64,000 bases of DNA from an uncultured Muribaculaceae bacterium (GTDB lineage Bacteria > Bacteroidota > Bacteroidia > Bacteroidales > UBA932). The position numbers and the translations under genes were made by a program. Positions 9,731-18,960 of the stretch are shown piece by piece (within the stretch, counting starts at the first letter, position 1; each line of letters starts with the position of its first letter). The stretch covers positions 13,369-77,368 of the forward strand of contig CAZYCJ010000001.1 of assembly GCA_964645495.1 (NCBI GenBank), read 5' to 3'. The notes beneath the pieces were generated by a model. The model made no database searches. It worked only from the letters and a program-made list of their open reading frames with translations, and was not told the DNA's origin.

Positions 9731-10807
9731 TTATGCATTCGGGCAGATCCTGCAGATGGCCTCATATATGGTCATGATGTTGTCGATGTAAGCGATGGTT
9801 TCGTGGCCCTGAAACTTTCCAAGTTTCACCGATTCGTTTTCGAGGATTGAATCGTCCCTCATCATAGGAATGACCTTCACGATCTCTTCCCATTTGTTGC
9901 AGTCCACCTGCTGCGAGGCAGCGAAATTGCGGCAGTCGGCGATCCTTCCCTCTCCGGCGTTGTATGCGGCCAAGGTGAACTTTATGAGTTCGGTCTGATC
10001 GAGGTCGTACATGCTGAACATCTTCTGGAGTCTCTTGAGGTGACCGGTACCTGCCTGAAGATTCTTCTCCGGATCCAGCAGGTCATCGATTCCATAATAT
10101 TCTGCTGTGCCCGGCATCACCTGCATGAGTCCTCTGGCTCCACGACGTGACTTCGAATTTATGGAGAACTTCGATTCCTGATATACCACGGCGGCGAGCA
10201 TACGCCAGTCCCATCCGAGTGTGGCGGCATATTCCCTGATGAGGTCGTCGTACGGGCTTACGCGGTCTGTCAACACCCCTCTTTCCGCTCTCTTTATAGG
10301 ATTGAATACCCCGTTGTATCGGCTTGAAATCTTCTGGAACTCATCCGACTCCGCCATATGGCTGATCCAGATGTTGATTTGTCGGAGTTCGTCTTCCTTG
10401 AGTTCGGATACAGCCCATGCCGAGCATGAATTGAGCATCCTGGATGCTTCTATGCCTTCGGATGACTCGATGTCTTCGGTATGCGCTATGACTATGTCGA
10501 CCTTGCCTTGTCTGAGCGAATCAAGGTAGTCGCTGTTTCCTGATGCTGCAACAATATTGATGTTGCATCTGTTGTCCTGAGCGAATCTGTTCAGGAGTTC
10601 GTAGTTGAGACCGGTCTCAAGACCGTGCCCTCCGTACATCTCGTCACCGAGATCGATCACACATGTTATGTCCTTGCCTGCAAATGCGTCTGCGCTGTGT
10701 GCTCCGTTGAGTTTTCTTCCGGTCTCACACAATGGGGTGATGCAGATCACCATGAATGTTATCAGGACATTCCTTAATCTTCTTTCTGCTTTTTCAGTTA
10801 ATCTCAT
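9731..10807 (-). CDS. MltF-like lytic transglycosylase (partial SBP domain + SLT domain)
   Basis: YQESKF catalytic Glu, GARGLMQVMP, LAAYNAGEG, ETIAY; N-terminal GLNYELL SBP-like part. Confidence 0.88.
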   Translation of the reverse strand: MRLTEKAERRLRNVLITFMVICITPLCETGRKLNGAHSADAFAGKDITCVIDLGDEMYGGHGLETGLNYELLNRFAQDNRCNINIVAASGNSDYLDSLRQGKVDIVIAHTEDIESSEGIEASRMLNSCSAWAVSELKEDELRQINIWISHMAESDEFQKISSRYNGVFNPIKRAERGVLTDRVSPYDDLIREYAATLGWDWRMLAAVVYQESKFSINSKSRRGARGLMQVMPGTAEYYGIDDLLDPEKNLQAGTGHLKRLQKMFSMYDLDQTELIKFTLAAYNAGEGRIADCRNFAASQQVDCNKWEEIVKVIPMMRDDSILENESVKLGKFQGHETIAYIDNIMTIYEAICRICPNA

Positions 10808-10827
10808 CTTAAATGAATTTCAGCGCA

Positions 10828-13566
10828 CTAACGGCGAGAGGCACTCATGCTCCCCGACGTTCTTCCTGTGGAACCGCTTCTTCCGCCTCCCGCGGTCGAA
10901 GCGCCTGCGGCGCCGGTTGAACCTTTACCCGGCCGTACCCAGAAAGGCCATGTGATACCGAATTTGACTGCTCGCTGAGGGCCTATGTAACCTGCCGCAG
11001 TGAAATAGTCTGCAGATTTGTTAGGCCATCCCATGTTGACATTGACATACTTGATGAATATGCTCGCCTTCTTCCATTGGATGTTGACGAACGCATCAAT
11101 ATAAGGGCAGTTTCCGTATTCCTGTACATTCTGGTTATGGAACACACCTAAAACCGGGTTGTATGCGGGCGCATACCATTTCGTGTTGTATGTTCCGTCA
11201 GCACCGATCTGCATCTGCATGGCGCCTTTTACGACATCGAACTGCAGATAGTATCTGAAATGAAGAGCCACAAGCGGCAACGGCAGCACATCCAGATCGG
11301 ATGACAACTGAAGCATCGCCTGGTGGTCCAGATGGAATTTCCACACCTGGAAATTCTTCTTGATCTTTGCGGTCATGACACTCATCGGCGTCGTGTTCTG
11401 ACGGACTATGCCGGTGTCGTCATAATATATGTTGTTGTCCAGCAAGGCGTAGCCGAACGAAGCAGCCATATCCCATCGAGGGATCGAGAGAGATGCTTCC
11501 GCACGGGTCGTCGAAATCTTGCTGAAGTCGTTGTCCCATTTGAAATGGTTGGTGAACAGGTGCTGCTGATAATAATCAGGCTCCTTGAGAGCGGTTTCGA
11601 AGTGGAGAGCGAGGGTGAGAGGACTCTTTCTGTCCCTTCTGAAAGGGTAGAAGTTCATCACCGCATTCGCCTCAATGCCGAAGTCGTTGATCTCATGGCC
11701 GAGGAAATTGTACTTTCCCTTTGCGTCCCATCTCAGGTACTTCCTGTACTGACCGTTGGCACCGGCATAGAGATAGACTGAGTTCTGCACTACGTTGTTG
11801 CTGCCCTCGATGTAGTCCACAGGCCTGAAACTGTAGTAGTTGACGAGTTTGTCACCCAGACCTACGTCCAGTTTCGAGATGATGCCGTCTTTCTTCCATG
11901 GCTGGAGCCTGATGAAGACCTTGTTTTCAAACCTCATCACCCTGAGGGAATCCATGCTCTTGGTCGGGTTGATGTAAAAGCGGTCGTGGTAGAATTCACG
12001 GGCACTGGCATCCGAGGTGCTTGTGGAGATGTTGTCGGTGTAGGTCTTCCTGAACACAGAGTATTCGCTGCTGTGTCCGATGAATGCTGTGGTGACATCC
12101 GTGTCGGTGACCTTGGAAGTGTCGGCCTGAGCCGCCGCCATCTCCATTTTTGCCTTCTCGGCCTCGATGATGGCTGCTATGGCCAAGGAGTCTCCGCTTG
12201 CCATGATGCTGTCGCGCACAGCCTCCTCTCTCTTTCTTTCCTTACGCCCCTTGAGATCTTTTAGGAATGAGAAAGGAATCCTGTAGGACTGGTCGAGGAA
12301 GATGGTGTTCCTCTTCATCTCGTTTCCGGCATCACGCAGATATACATCAATCTCTCGGGCATCAACTGTCGTGTCACGGATCCACATCTCGTCAATGACA
12401 CCTCCGTTCTCGCTTCTTGCGACCTTGTTGTAGATGTATCCTGCATGCATCATGTACTTCTTGCCCAGGTAGTTGGTGGATGCGACGAATGTCTTGTTGG
12501 CGGTATCCTCTCTCTTCAGCATACCGTTTCCGCCATATCTCTTGAACTCAAGGGTCAGGTTGAGTTCAGGGGTGATGTTCTGGGTGGTGAGTACCTTTAT
12601 GTTGGCTTCTTCCTTTTCCTGGTTCGCAAACAGAGTTCCGTAGTACGCGAGTTCGGTGAAAGGCGTCTTGGTGTTATATTGCGGCAATTCGTCCGGAGAA
12701 TAACTCCAGATGCGGTAAGGCGTGTAGAATATGGCGTTGGTCTCCTCCTTCCTCTCGAAGAAGTCATACATCTGAGTGGCAGAACCGCTCACTCCGAGCC
12801 ATGTGGCGTTGACGTCCTCGCGGAAGAAATTGTAATCATAGAAACATGTGTTGTATGAGGTGTCTGCCGCCATGTCCCTGACTCCATTGAGATTCTGGAA
12901 GTCGCTGTCACGTTTCCATGTGATGATTCTCTTGAAATGGAGGGAATCCGGAATGGCATAGGTGTCGAGAACGCGAGGTATTGACTGACGCACGCTGTCC
13001 TTGTAGGCCTTGATACTGTCCTTGATCTCCAGTTTGCGGTTTGCAGCGGCGATGAGGGCAGGGAGTTTCTGCTGGGCATCGTACTTCTTTCTCTCCATCC
13101 TGCTCAATGAAGCGTACCATGCATCGAACTTTGCCTTTGCCACTTCCGTAGAGTCCTTGATGTACAGGGAGTCCAGTCTGGCAAGTTCGAGAGTGTCTCC
13201 TGCATTGATGAGGGAGTCGCGCACCTGGAATCTTGTGGTCGAATCCTTGATGGCGATGTAATACTTGAACTTGAAAGGATCTGTGAATTTCAGCGAATCA
13301 GGAATCCTGATCGTGTCCCTTGCTGTGAGTATGAGAGGTATTACAGTGTCTCGCGAAGCGGTATCGACACCGATGCTGTCAGCAGGCTCTGACTGAGGAA
13401 GGATGCTGTCTGAAATATGTACTGTGTCAGGCAACTGACTGAGTATGAGTGAGTCTGCAAGTCTTCTCAGACCTGCAGACCTGCTTGCGTCGACCCCGAA
13501 CGACTGCACAGCAGCGATCGAAACCAACACAAGCGGAACCCATATTTTCGCCAGAAAATTCTTCAT
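10828..13566 (-). CDS. Putative outer-membrane porin (Bacteroidota Porin_10-like)
   Basis: Signal peptide; YNTKTPFTEL...TQNITPELN and GNCPYIDAFVNIQWK segments; alternating beta-strand pattern. Confidence 0.8.
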   Translation of the reverse strand: MKNFLAKIWVPLVLVSIAAVQSFGVDASRSAGLRRLADSLILSQLPDTVHISDSILPQSEPADSIGVDTASRDTVIPLILTARDTIRIPDSLKFTDPFKFKYYIAIKDSTTRFQVRDSLINAGDTLELARLDSLYIKDSTEVAKAKFDAWYASLSRMERKKYDAQQKLPALIAAANRKLEIKDSIKAYKDSVRQSIPRVLDTYAIPDSLHFKRIITWKRDSDFQNLNGVRDMAADTSYNTCFYDYNFFREDVNATWLGVSGSATQMYDFFERKEETNAIFYTPYRIWSYSPDELPQYNTKTPFTELAYYGTLFANQEKEEANIKVLTTQNITPELNLTLEFKRYGGNGMLKREDTANKTFVASTNYLGKKYMMHAGYIYNKVARSENGGVIDEMWIRDTTVDAREIDVYLRDAGNEMKRNTIFLDQSYRIPFSFLKDLKGRKERKREEAVRDSIMASGDSLAIAAIIEAEKAKMEMAAAQADTSKVTDTDVTTAFIGHSSEYSVFRKTYTDNISTSTSDASAREFYHDRFYINPTKSMDSLRVMRFENKVFIRLQPWKKDGIISKLDVGLGDKLVNYYSFRPVDYIEGSNNVVQNSVYLYAGANGQYRKYLRWDAKGKYNFLGHEINDFGIEANAVMNFYPFRRDRKSPLTLALHFETALKEPDYYQQHLFTNHFKWDNDFSKISTTRAEASLSIPRWDMAASFGYALLDNNIYYDDTGIVRQNTTPMSVMTAKIKKNFQVWKFHLDHQAMLQLSSDLDVLPLPLVALHFRYYLQFDVVKGAMQMQIGADGTYNTKWYAPAYNPVLGVFHNQNVQEYGNCPYIDAFVNIQWKKASIFIKYVNVNMGWPNKSADYFTAAGYIGPQRAVKFGITWPFWVRPGKGSTGAAGASTAGGGRSGSTGRTSGSMSASRR

Positions 13567-13595
13567 AACAAGACGGCAAAGGTACGAATAATTCT

Positions 13596-14186
13596 TTAAT
13601 ATTCAATACCTATGCCTTCCGCGGCCATTTCTTCAAGAGCCTTGAGATGGCCCTCGTGATCCACATATGCCACGCAGTCCTTGAGGAGATGTACCTTGTA
13701 TCCCGCTTTCATGAGGTCTTCACAGGTGTTCCTTACGCAATATTCGGTGGCGATGCCGCAGACATACACGTCCGTGGTGTCGAGCAGTTCGAGGATCTCT
13801 CCCAGGGACTGTCCTGCATTGTTCACCCCTTCGAAGCCGGAATATTGTTCCGTTGCCTTGTCGCATCCCTTGTCAAAGGTGAGTTCTTCCTGTACATAGG
13901 GCAGGAGGTCCTTGTGGATCTCGCCTCCATGCGTACCTGCGACGCAGTGCGGCGGCCATATGCCTCCCTGCTCCTTGAATGACGAATGGTCCGCAGGATG
14001 ATGGTCGCGTATGAAGAGGATAGGGAAGGTGTCAAGGATCTCGTGATCCTCTCCTCCCTGGCCTTTGGTCTGGGAATCAATGTACTTCAATGTCTCGCGG
14101 ACGGCATTCTCCGCGTTCTGACATGCCAGGCTTCCGTCGATGAAGTCATACAGCATGTCCACAACTGCCAATGCGTTATTTTTCAT
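13596..14186 (-). CDS. pncA: Nicotinamidase (isochorismatase family)
   Basis: VVDMLYDF, DHHPADH, WPPHCV, KG, GIATEYCV catalytic motifs; adjacent to pncB. Confidence 0.92.
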   Translation of the reverse strand: MKNNALAVVDMLYDFIDGSLACQNAENAVRETLKYIDSQTKGQGGEDHEILDTFPILFIRDHHPADHSSFKEQGGIWPPHCVAGTHGGEIHKDLLPYVQEELTFDKGCDKATEQYSGFEGVNNAGQSLGEILELLDTTDVYVCGIATEYCVRNTCEDLMKAGYKVHLLKDCVAYVDHEGHLKALEEMAAEGIGIEY

Positions 14187-15694
14187 TACAATTTGAATTC
14201 ACGGATCTCTTTCACCAGCCTGTTGATGATCTCCATCTTGAGATTGTACAGGTCGTCAGAGATGTCCACCTTATAATAATGAGGGTTGATGAGTCGTCTC
14301 TCGCTCGGGCTGAAATGCTGTAGCGTGTTGTCGTAATAGGCCTTTTTCTCGGCCAGAGTGTGCTTAGGAACGCATCGCCTGCCGTTTTCAATGACCTTGT
14401 GCTGCATGGTCAGGGCGGTGTATGTTCCAGCCTCGAAGGTCTTGTTCTTGTATCTGTCGTACTCGTCGCATACGGTGAAGGTATCTCCTGCCTCGATCTT
14501 CTTGCTTAATTCGTCTCCCCTCAGGCAGGTCACGTCGACCTTGTATATCTCTCCCTTTGCAGGGTCGTCGATCATGATCCTGTATGTGATCTGGAAGCCC
14601 GGATTGATGAGTTTGATCTTGTCTTCCGAGCGTTTCAGGACTGCTTCGCCGTCGATCCGGACGAGTTTGTAGACATTTCCGAAACATGGAGCGGCCTTGG
14701 ATGTGGCGATGGCGTCACCGACTCCATACGAGTCTATGCATGCTCCCTGACGTTCGAGATCGGTGATGAGGTATTCGTCCAATGAGTTGGTGGCGAATAT
14801 CTTGCATTTCGTGAGACCGTGTTCGTCGAGGATGCGGCGGCATTCGATCGAGAGGTAGGCGAGGTCTCCGCTGTCCAGACGTACTCCGTAGCCCGGCGCA
14901 TAGTCGTCGTCGATACCGTTTTCCTTATATGCGCGGATCGCGTTGAGGACTCCGCACTTCAGGGTGTCGTATGTGTCTATGAGGAGAATGATGGTTTCAT
15001 TCCTATGGGTCTTGATGTAGGTGTCGAAGGCCTTGAACTCTCCGGCGACGCTGCTTCCGAACGAGGTCACGAAACTGTGGGCCATCGTGCCTGTGGAGCC
15101 GTAGTCGAACATTGCTCCGGCCATGATGTTTGACGTGCCGGCGCATCCTGCAATGATCGCAGCCTTGGCTCCGTATGTCGCTGCCCAAGGACCATGTGCC
15201 CTTCGCGAACCGAATTCGCTCACAGGACGGTTTGTCGCACGGCAGACTCTGGATGCCTTGGTCGCTACAGCCATCTGATGGTTCATGATGCATAGCATAG
15301 GGGTCTCCAGGACCTGAGCCTCGATGAGCGGACCTTCGATGATGATGATCGGCTGGTTCGGGAAGACGATCTCACCCTCACGCATCGCATAGATGGTGCC
15401 CGTGAACTTCATTGCCGAGAGGTAGCCTCTGAATTCGGCGTATTCTTCGCCAGGGAGGAATTTCTCAAAGAAGGATGGGTCCATGTTTCCGAGGTTCTCG
15501 ACCATCTCGATCACCTCGTCTGTGCCGCTGACCACAGCCCAGTTGTTGTTTTCAGGCGCTTTCCTATAGAAAAGATTGAATACGGCAGTCTGATCTTTCA
15601 TCCCGCTGTCGTAAAAGGACTTTCCCATTGTGTACTGGTACTTGTCCGAACAGTATGCGTGATTGAGCATTTCCGTGTGTGTTTTAATAATCAT
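14186..15694 (-). CDS. pncB: Nicotinate phosphoribosyltransferase
   Basis: DKYQYTM, EFGSRRAHG, GTMAHSF, LIDTYD, GVRLDSGD, VYKL. Confidence 0.94.
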   Translation of the reverse strand: MIIKTHTEMLNHAYCSDKYQYTMGKSFYDSGMKDQTAVFNLFYRKAPENNNWAVVSGTDEVIEMVENLGNMDPSFFEKFLPGEEYAEFRGYLSAMKFTGTIYAMREGEIVFPNQPIIIIEGPLIEAQVLETPMLCIMNHQMAVATKASRVCRATNRPVSEFGSRRAHGPWAATYGAKAAIIAGCAGTSNIMAGAMFDYGSTGTMAHSFVTSFGSSVAGEFKAFDTYIKTHRNETIILLIDTYDTLKCGVLNAIRAYKENGIDDDYAPGYGVRLDSGDLAYLSIECRRILDEHGLTKCKIFATNSLDEYLITDLERQGACIDSYGVGDAIATSKAAPCFGNVYKLVRIDGEAVLKRSEDKIKLINPGFQITYRIMIDDPAKGEIYKVDVTCLRGDELSKKIEAGDTFTVCDEYDRYKNKTFEAGTYTALTMQHKVIENGRRCVPKHTLAEKKAYYDNTLQHFSPSERRLINPHYYKVDISDDLYNLKMEIINRLVKEIREFKL

Positions 15695-15748
15695 ACAAAT
15701 GTAGTCTTTTTGTCTGAACTATTTTGTAAATTCGCAAAAAATCTGCTG

Positions 15749-17182
15749 ATGGAACAATTGTCATCACTATACACCTCCGTCTACGGCACTCTCCCTGATT
15801 CCGTCGAGCCTCTGACAGGCTCGGCAAGCAACCGTAGTTACTTCCGTCTGTCGTCGCTTTCAGGTACATGCATAGGCGTCAGAGGGACCGATGCTCAGGA
15901 AAACAAAGCCTTTGTCACCATCGCCCGCCATTTCCGCTCCAAGGGAATCAATGTTCCGGAGGTCTATGCCGTCAGCGATGACTGTCTGGCCTATCTTCAG
16001 GAGGATCTCGGGACGGAGATGCTTTCGGATCGGGTGGACGCGGCCTTGAAGAGGGGAGGGGTGCCTGTTGAAGGCCCGCTGACCGACTTGCTGTGCCGGA
16101 CGATGGCCTCCCTTCCGAAGATACAGTTCGAAGGGGCTGACGGGCTCGATTTCTCTGTGTGCTATCCTCAGCCTTCGTTCGACCGTAGGATGGTGATGTT
16201 CGATCTCAACTATTTCAAATATTGTTTCCTGAAGCCTTCCGGTCTGGAATTCAACGAGGTGCTTCTGCAGGATGATTTCGAACGCTTTGCGGATGATCTG
16301 CTGCGGGATGATACGGACACCTTCCTTTATCGGGACTTCAATGCCCGCAATGTGATGGTCCGTGACGGAGAACCTTGGTTCATAGATTTCCAGGGCGGTC
16401 GTCGCGGACCGATATATTATGATGTAGCTTCTTTCGTGTGGCAGGCGAGGGCGAAATATCCGTCGGCGCTGAAGGACTGTCTGACGGAGTCGTATCTTCA
16501 GGCTCTTCGCAGATATGCGGATATTCCTCGTGAAGAGTTTGACGGCAGGCTTCGTCTGTTCGTGCTTTTCCGCCTTCTGCAGGTGCTGGGTGCATATGGA
16601 TTCAGGGGCTGGATGGAGCATAAGGCGAAATTTGTCACAAGCATACCCCCGGCGATAGAAAGCCTGCGGGAACTGATCGCGGCGCCGTTTGAAGCATATC
16701 CGTATCTGATGGAAACCCTGGTGAGGATGACGGAACTTCCGCGTCTCAAGGACGATTCTCCTGATGACGGACGTCTGGAGGTGAAGGTCTATAGTTTTTC
16801 GTTCAAGAAAGGCATACCGCAGGATCCGTCAGGCAATGGCGGAGGCTATGTCTTCGACTGCCGGTCGATTCACAACCCCGGACGATATGCCCCATATAAG
16901 AAACTGACAGGAAGGGATGAGGAAGTTATCCGTTTTCTGGAGGATGACGGGGAGATCATCGGCTTTCTGGAGCATGTCTATGGTGTCGTGGATTCGCATG
17001 TGGAGACTTACGTGCGAAGAGGATTTACGAGTCTGACTGTGAGTTTCGGATGCACCGGAGGGCAGCATAGGTCGGTCTATTGTGCGGAGCATCTTGCCCG
17101 CCATCTTGCCGCCCGATATCCTTCTGTCCGCGTCCGCCTCATTCATCGCGAACAGCGCATCTCGAAACTCTTCAACCCTTGA
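15749..17182 (+). CDS. amgK: AmgK-like aminoglycoside-phosphotransferase-fold sugar kinase fused to a RapZ C-terminal domain
   Basis: GSASNRSYFR, YRDFNARNVM, IDFQG, QVLGAYG; C-terminal SFSFKKG, FDCR, SFGCTGGQHRSV. Confidence 0.82.
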   Translation: MEQLSSLYTSVYGTLPDSVEPLTGSASNRSYFRLSSLSGTCIGVRGTDAQENKAFVTIARHFRSKGINVPEVYAVSDDCLAYLQEDLGTEMLSDRVDAALKRGGVPVEGPLTDLLCRTMASLPKIQFEGADGLDFSVCYPQPSFDRRMVMFDLNYFKYCFLKPSGLEFNEVLLQDDFERFADDLLRDDTDTFLYRDFNARNVMVRDGEPWFIDFQGGRRGPIYYDVASFVWQARAKYPSALKDCLTESYLQALRRYADIPREEFDGRLRLFVLFRLLQVLGAYGFRGWMEHKAKFVTSIPPAIESLRELIAAPFEAYPYLMETLVRMTELPRLKDDSPDDGRLEVKVYSFSFKKGIPQDPSGNGGGYVFDCRSIHNPGRYAPYKKLTGRDEEVIRFLEDDGEIIGFLEHVYGVVDSHVETYVRRGFTSLTVSFGCTGGQHRSVYCAEHLARHLAARYPSVRVRLIHREQRISKLFNP

Positions 17183-17201
17183 TTATGTACGTCTTTGAAA
17201 T

Positions 17202-18023
17202 ATGAAAACCATGATATTTGCGGCGGGGTTGGGTACCCGTCTGAAACCGGTCACCGACACTCTGCCGAAGGCTCTGGTCCCTCTGGGCGGAAAGCCCCTT
17301 CTGGAGCATGTGTCGCGGAAACTGATGGATGCCGGCATAAATGAGGCGGTGGTGAATGTCCATCATTTTGCCGACAAGATAGAGGACTGGATCGCAGGTC
17401 AGGACTGGATTGTCAACGATCCTTCCGAACTGGCTGAAGGCAAGGTGCTTATGCAGGTCAGCGACGAAAGAAACCGGCTTCTGGAGACCGGTGGGGCGGT
17501 GCTTCATGCGCGTCCTTTATTGGAAGGATGCGGGGCGTTTCTGGTGCACAATGTGGACATTATGTCCGATCTGGATATCCCGTGGTTCATCTCGCAGCAT
17601 GATCCGGATTCCTTTGCAACTCTTCTGGTCAGCGAGAGGAAGTCGTCGCGCTATCTGCTTTTTGAGCCGGGGACCATGCGTCTGGTGGGTTGGACTAATG
17701 TGAATACGGGAGAGATGCGTCTTGCAGGGCCGTGGGTGGAGCCGGAGAGATGCAGGCGCCTGGCATTCTCAGGAATACATGTCCTGTCTGAGGATGTGCT
17801 GGAGGCCATGGAAATGTATGCGGTTTCGCACGGCTTGTACACTGCGACGGACAGTCCACGGTTTTCGATAATTGATTTTTATCTTGATATGTGCGGCGTG
17901 CGTACGATTTATGGTGTGGAGGCTCCTGCGCTCAATATAGTGGATGTCGGCAAGATCGACACCCTCAAACACGCGGAGGCTCTTCTCCGTCATCCTGAGA
18001 ACCGAAGCGACGTGAGGATCTGA
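17202..18023 (+). CDS. murU: MurU-like N-acetylmuramate-1-phosphate uridylyltransferase
   Basis: FAAGLGTRLKP, PKALV, LLETGG, HNVD; directly follows the amgK-like gene. Confidence 0.8.
   Translation: MKTMIFAAGLGTRLKPVTDTLPKALVPLGGKPLLEHVSRKLMDAGINEAVVNVHHFADKIEDWIAGQDWIVNDPSELAEGKVLMQVSDERNRLLETGGAVLHARPLLEGCGAFLVHNVDIMSDLDIPWFISQHDPDSFATLLVSERKSSRYLLFEPGTMRLVGWTNVNTGEMRLAGPWVEPERCRRLAFSGIHVLSEDVLEAMEMYAVSHGLYTATDSPRFSIIDFYLDMCGVRTIYGVEAPALNIVDVGKIDTLKHAEALLRHPENRSDVRI
17988..18021 (+). repeat. GTCAT-family palindromic repeat (long type) forming the 3' end of murU
   Basis: CGTCATCCTGAG...GTGAGGATCT; same ends as copies at 18921 and 39409. Confidence 0.85.
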
Positions 18024-18053
18024 TAAACAACGATTATATGAAATTTATCTGAA

Positions 18054-18917
18054 TCAGACGGTCATCAGAGGGATTTCGTCGCAGTTGCTGCGCGCTCCGT
18101 CCTTTGAGAAAGGAATGTTGCGGAGTACCACGAAGGTGCTGGCGACGAATGCCGTGCAAGCGATGAAAATGCCCGCATAGGCCCAAGGGCTGAGCACTTC
18201 TGTGAAGTTTTCGGCCTCTGCGAGGGCTGGTATCTTGCTGAATATCACCGCCATTGTATTGTTTACGCAGTGCATCAGCATGGTGAGTTTCAGCGAACCT
18301 GTCTTGTAGTATACATATCCGAACAGAAGTCCGAGAATGAAGGCAGGAAGAGCCTGCCAAGGATTCATGTGCAGGATGGCGAAAAATGCTGCAGATACGC
18401 AGATCGCGACTCCCGGTCTGGTCTTCTGGAGAAGTCCTCTGAGAACAAGACCCCTGCAGAGCCATTCCTCAAAGATAGGAGCGAACACGGATACTGACAG
18501 GAGAGTGATCCATACAGGTCCCTCAAGAAGCACCTCCATTGCCTGTTCGAACCATTCGGGTGCAGGTGGCAGGAGAGTGTTCAGACTATCTGCAATGAAT
18601 GCAGTGGCCATAGTCGCAATGGAAACGACAAGTGCCAGACGGAAGCCGCTCAGACTTCCGAAATGACTGCTGTCAAGAGAGTAGCCTGTCTCGAAATATT
18701 CGTTCCTGCGGCTGTTGGCAGATGCATAGAGCATCGGAGGAATGAACATCACCGGATATGAAATCACGGTACCGTACATGGTAGCGAATTCCGCTGATAC
18801 CAATGCCATGCCCCCGACAAGAAGGTTGCCGAGGAATGCTCCGATAAGGAACATGACGAAAAGCATCGCCATGCCACTGTATCCGGGAACATAGTGGTTA
18901 TTTCTGAAAAATCTCAT
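18054..18917 (-). CDS. CPBP/CAAX (Abi) family intramembrane metalloprotease
   Basis: APIFEEWLCRG, FAILH, HCVNN motifs; multiple TM segments; start at 18917 or 18926. Confidence 0.9.
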   Translation of the reverse strand: MRFFRNNHYVPGYSGMAMLFVMFLIGAFLGNLLVGGMALVSAEFATMYGTVISYPVMFIPPMLYASANSRRNEYFETGYSLDSSHFGSLSGFRLALVVSIATMATAFIADSLNTLLPPAPEWFEQAMEVLLEGPVWITLLSVSVFAPIFEEWLCRGLVLRGLLQKTRPGVAICVSAAFFAILHMNPWQALPAFILGLLFGYVYYKTGSLKLTMLMHCVNNTMAVIFSKIPALAEAENFTEVLSPWAYAGIFIACTAFVASTFVVLRNIPFSKDGARSNCDEIPLMTV

Positions 18918-18920
18918 AAT

Positions 18921-18960
18921 TGTCATCCTGAGGAGGGACGAAGTCCCGACGTGAGGATCT
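18921..18960 (+). repeat. GTCAT-family palindromic repeat (long type)
   Basis: TGTCATCCTGAG-GAGGGACGAAGTCCCGAC-GTGAGGATCT with internal GGGAC-GAA-GTCCC hairpin. Confidence 0.88.
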
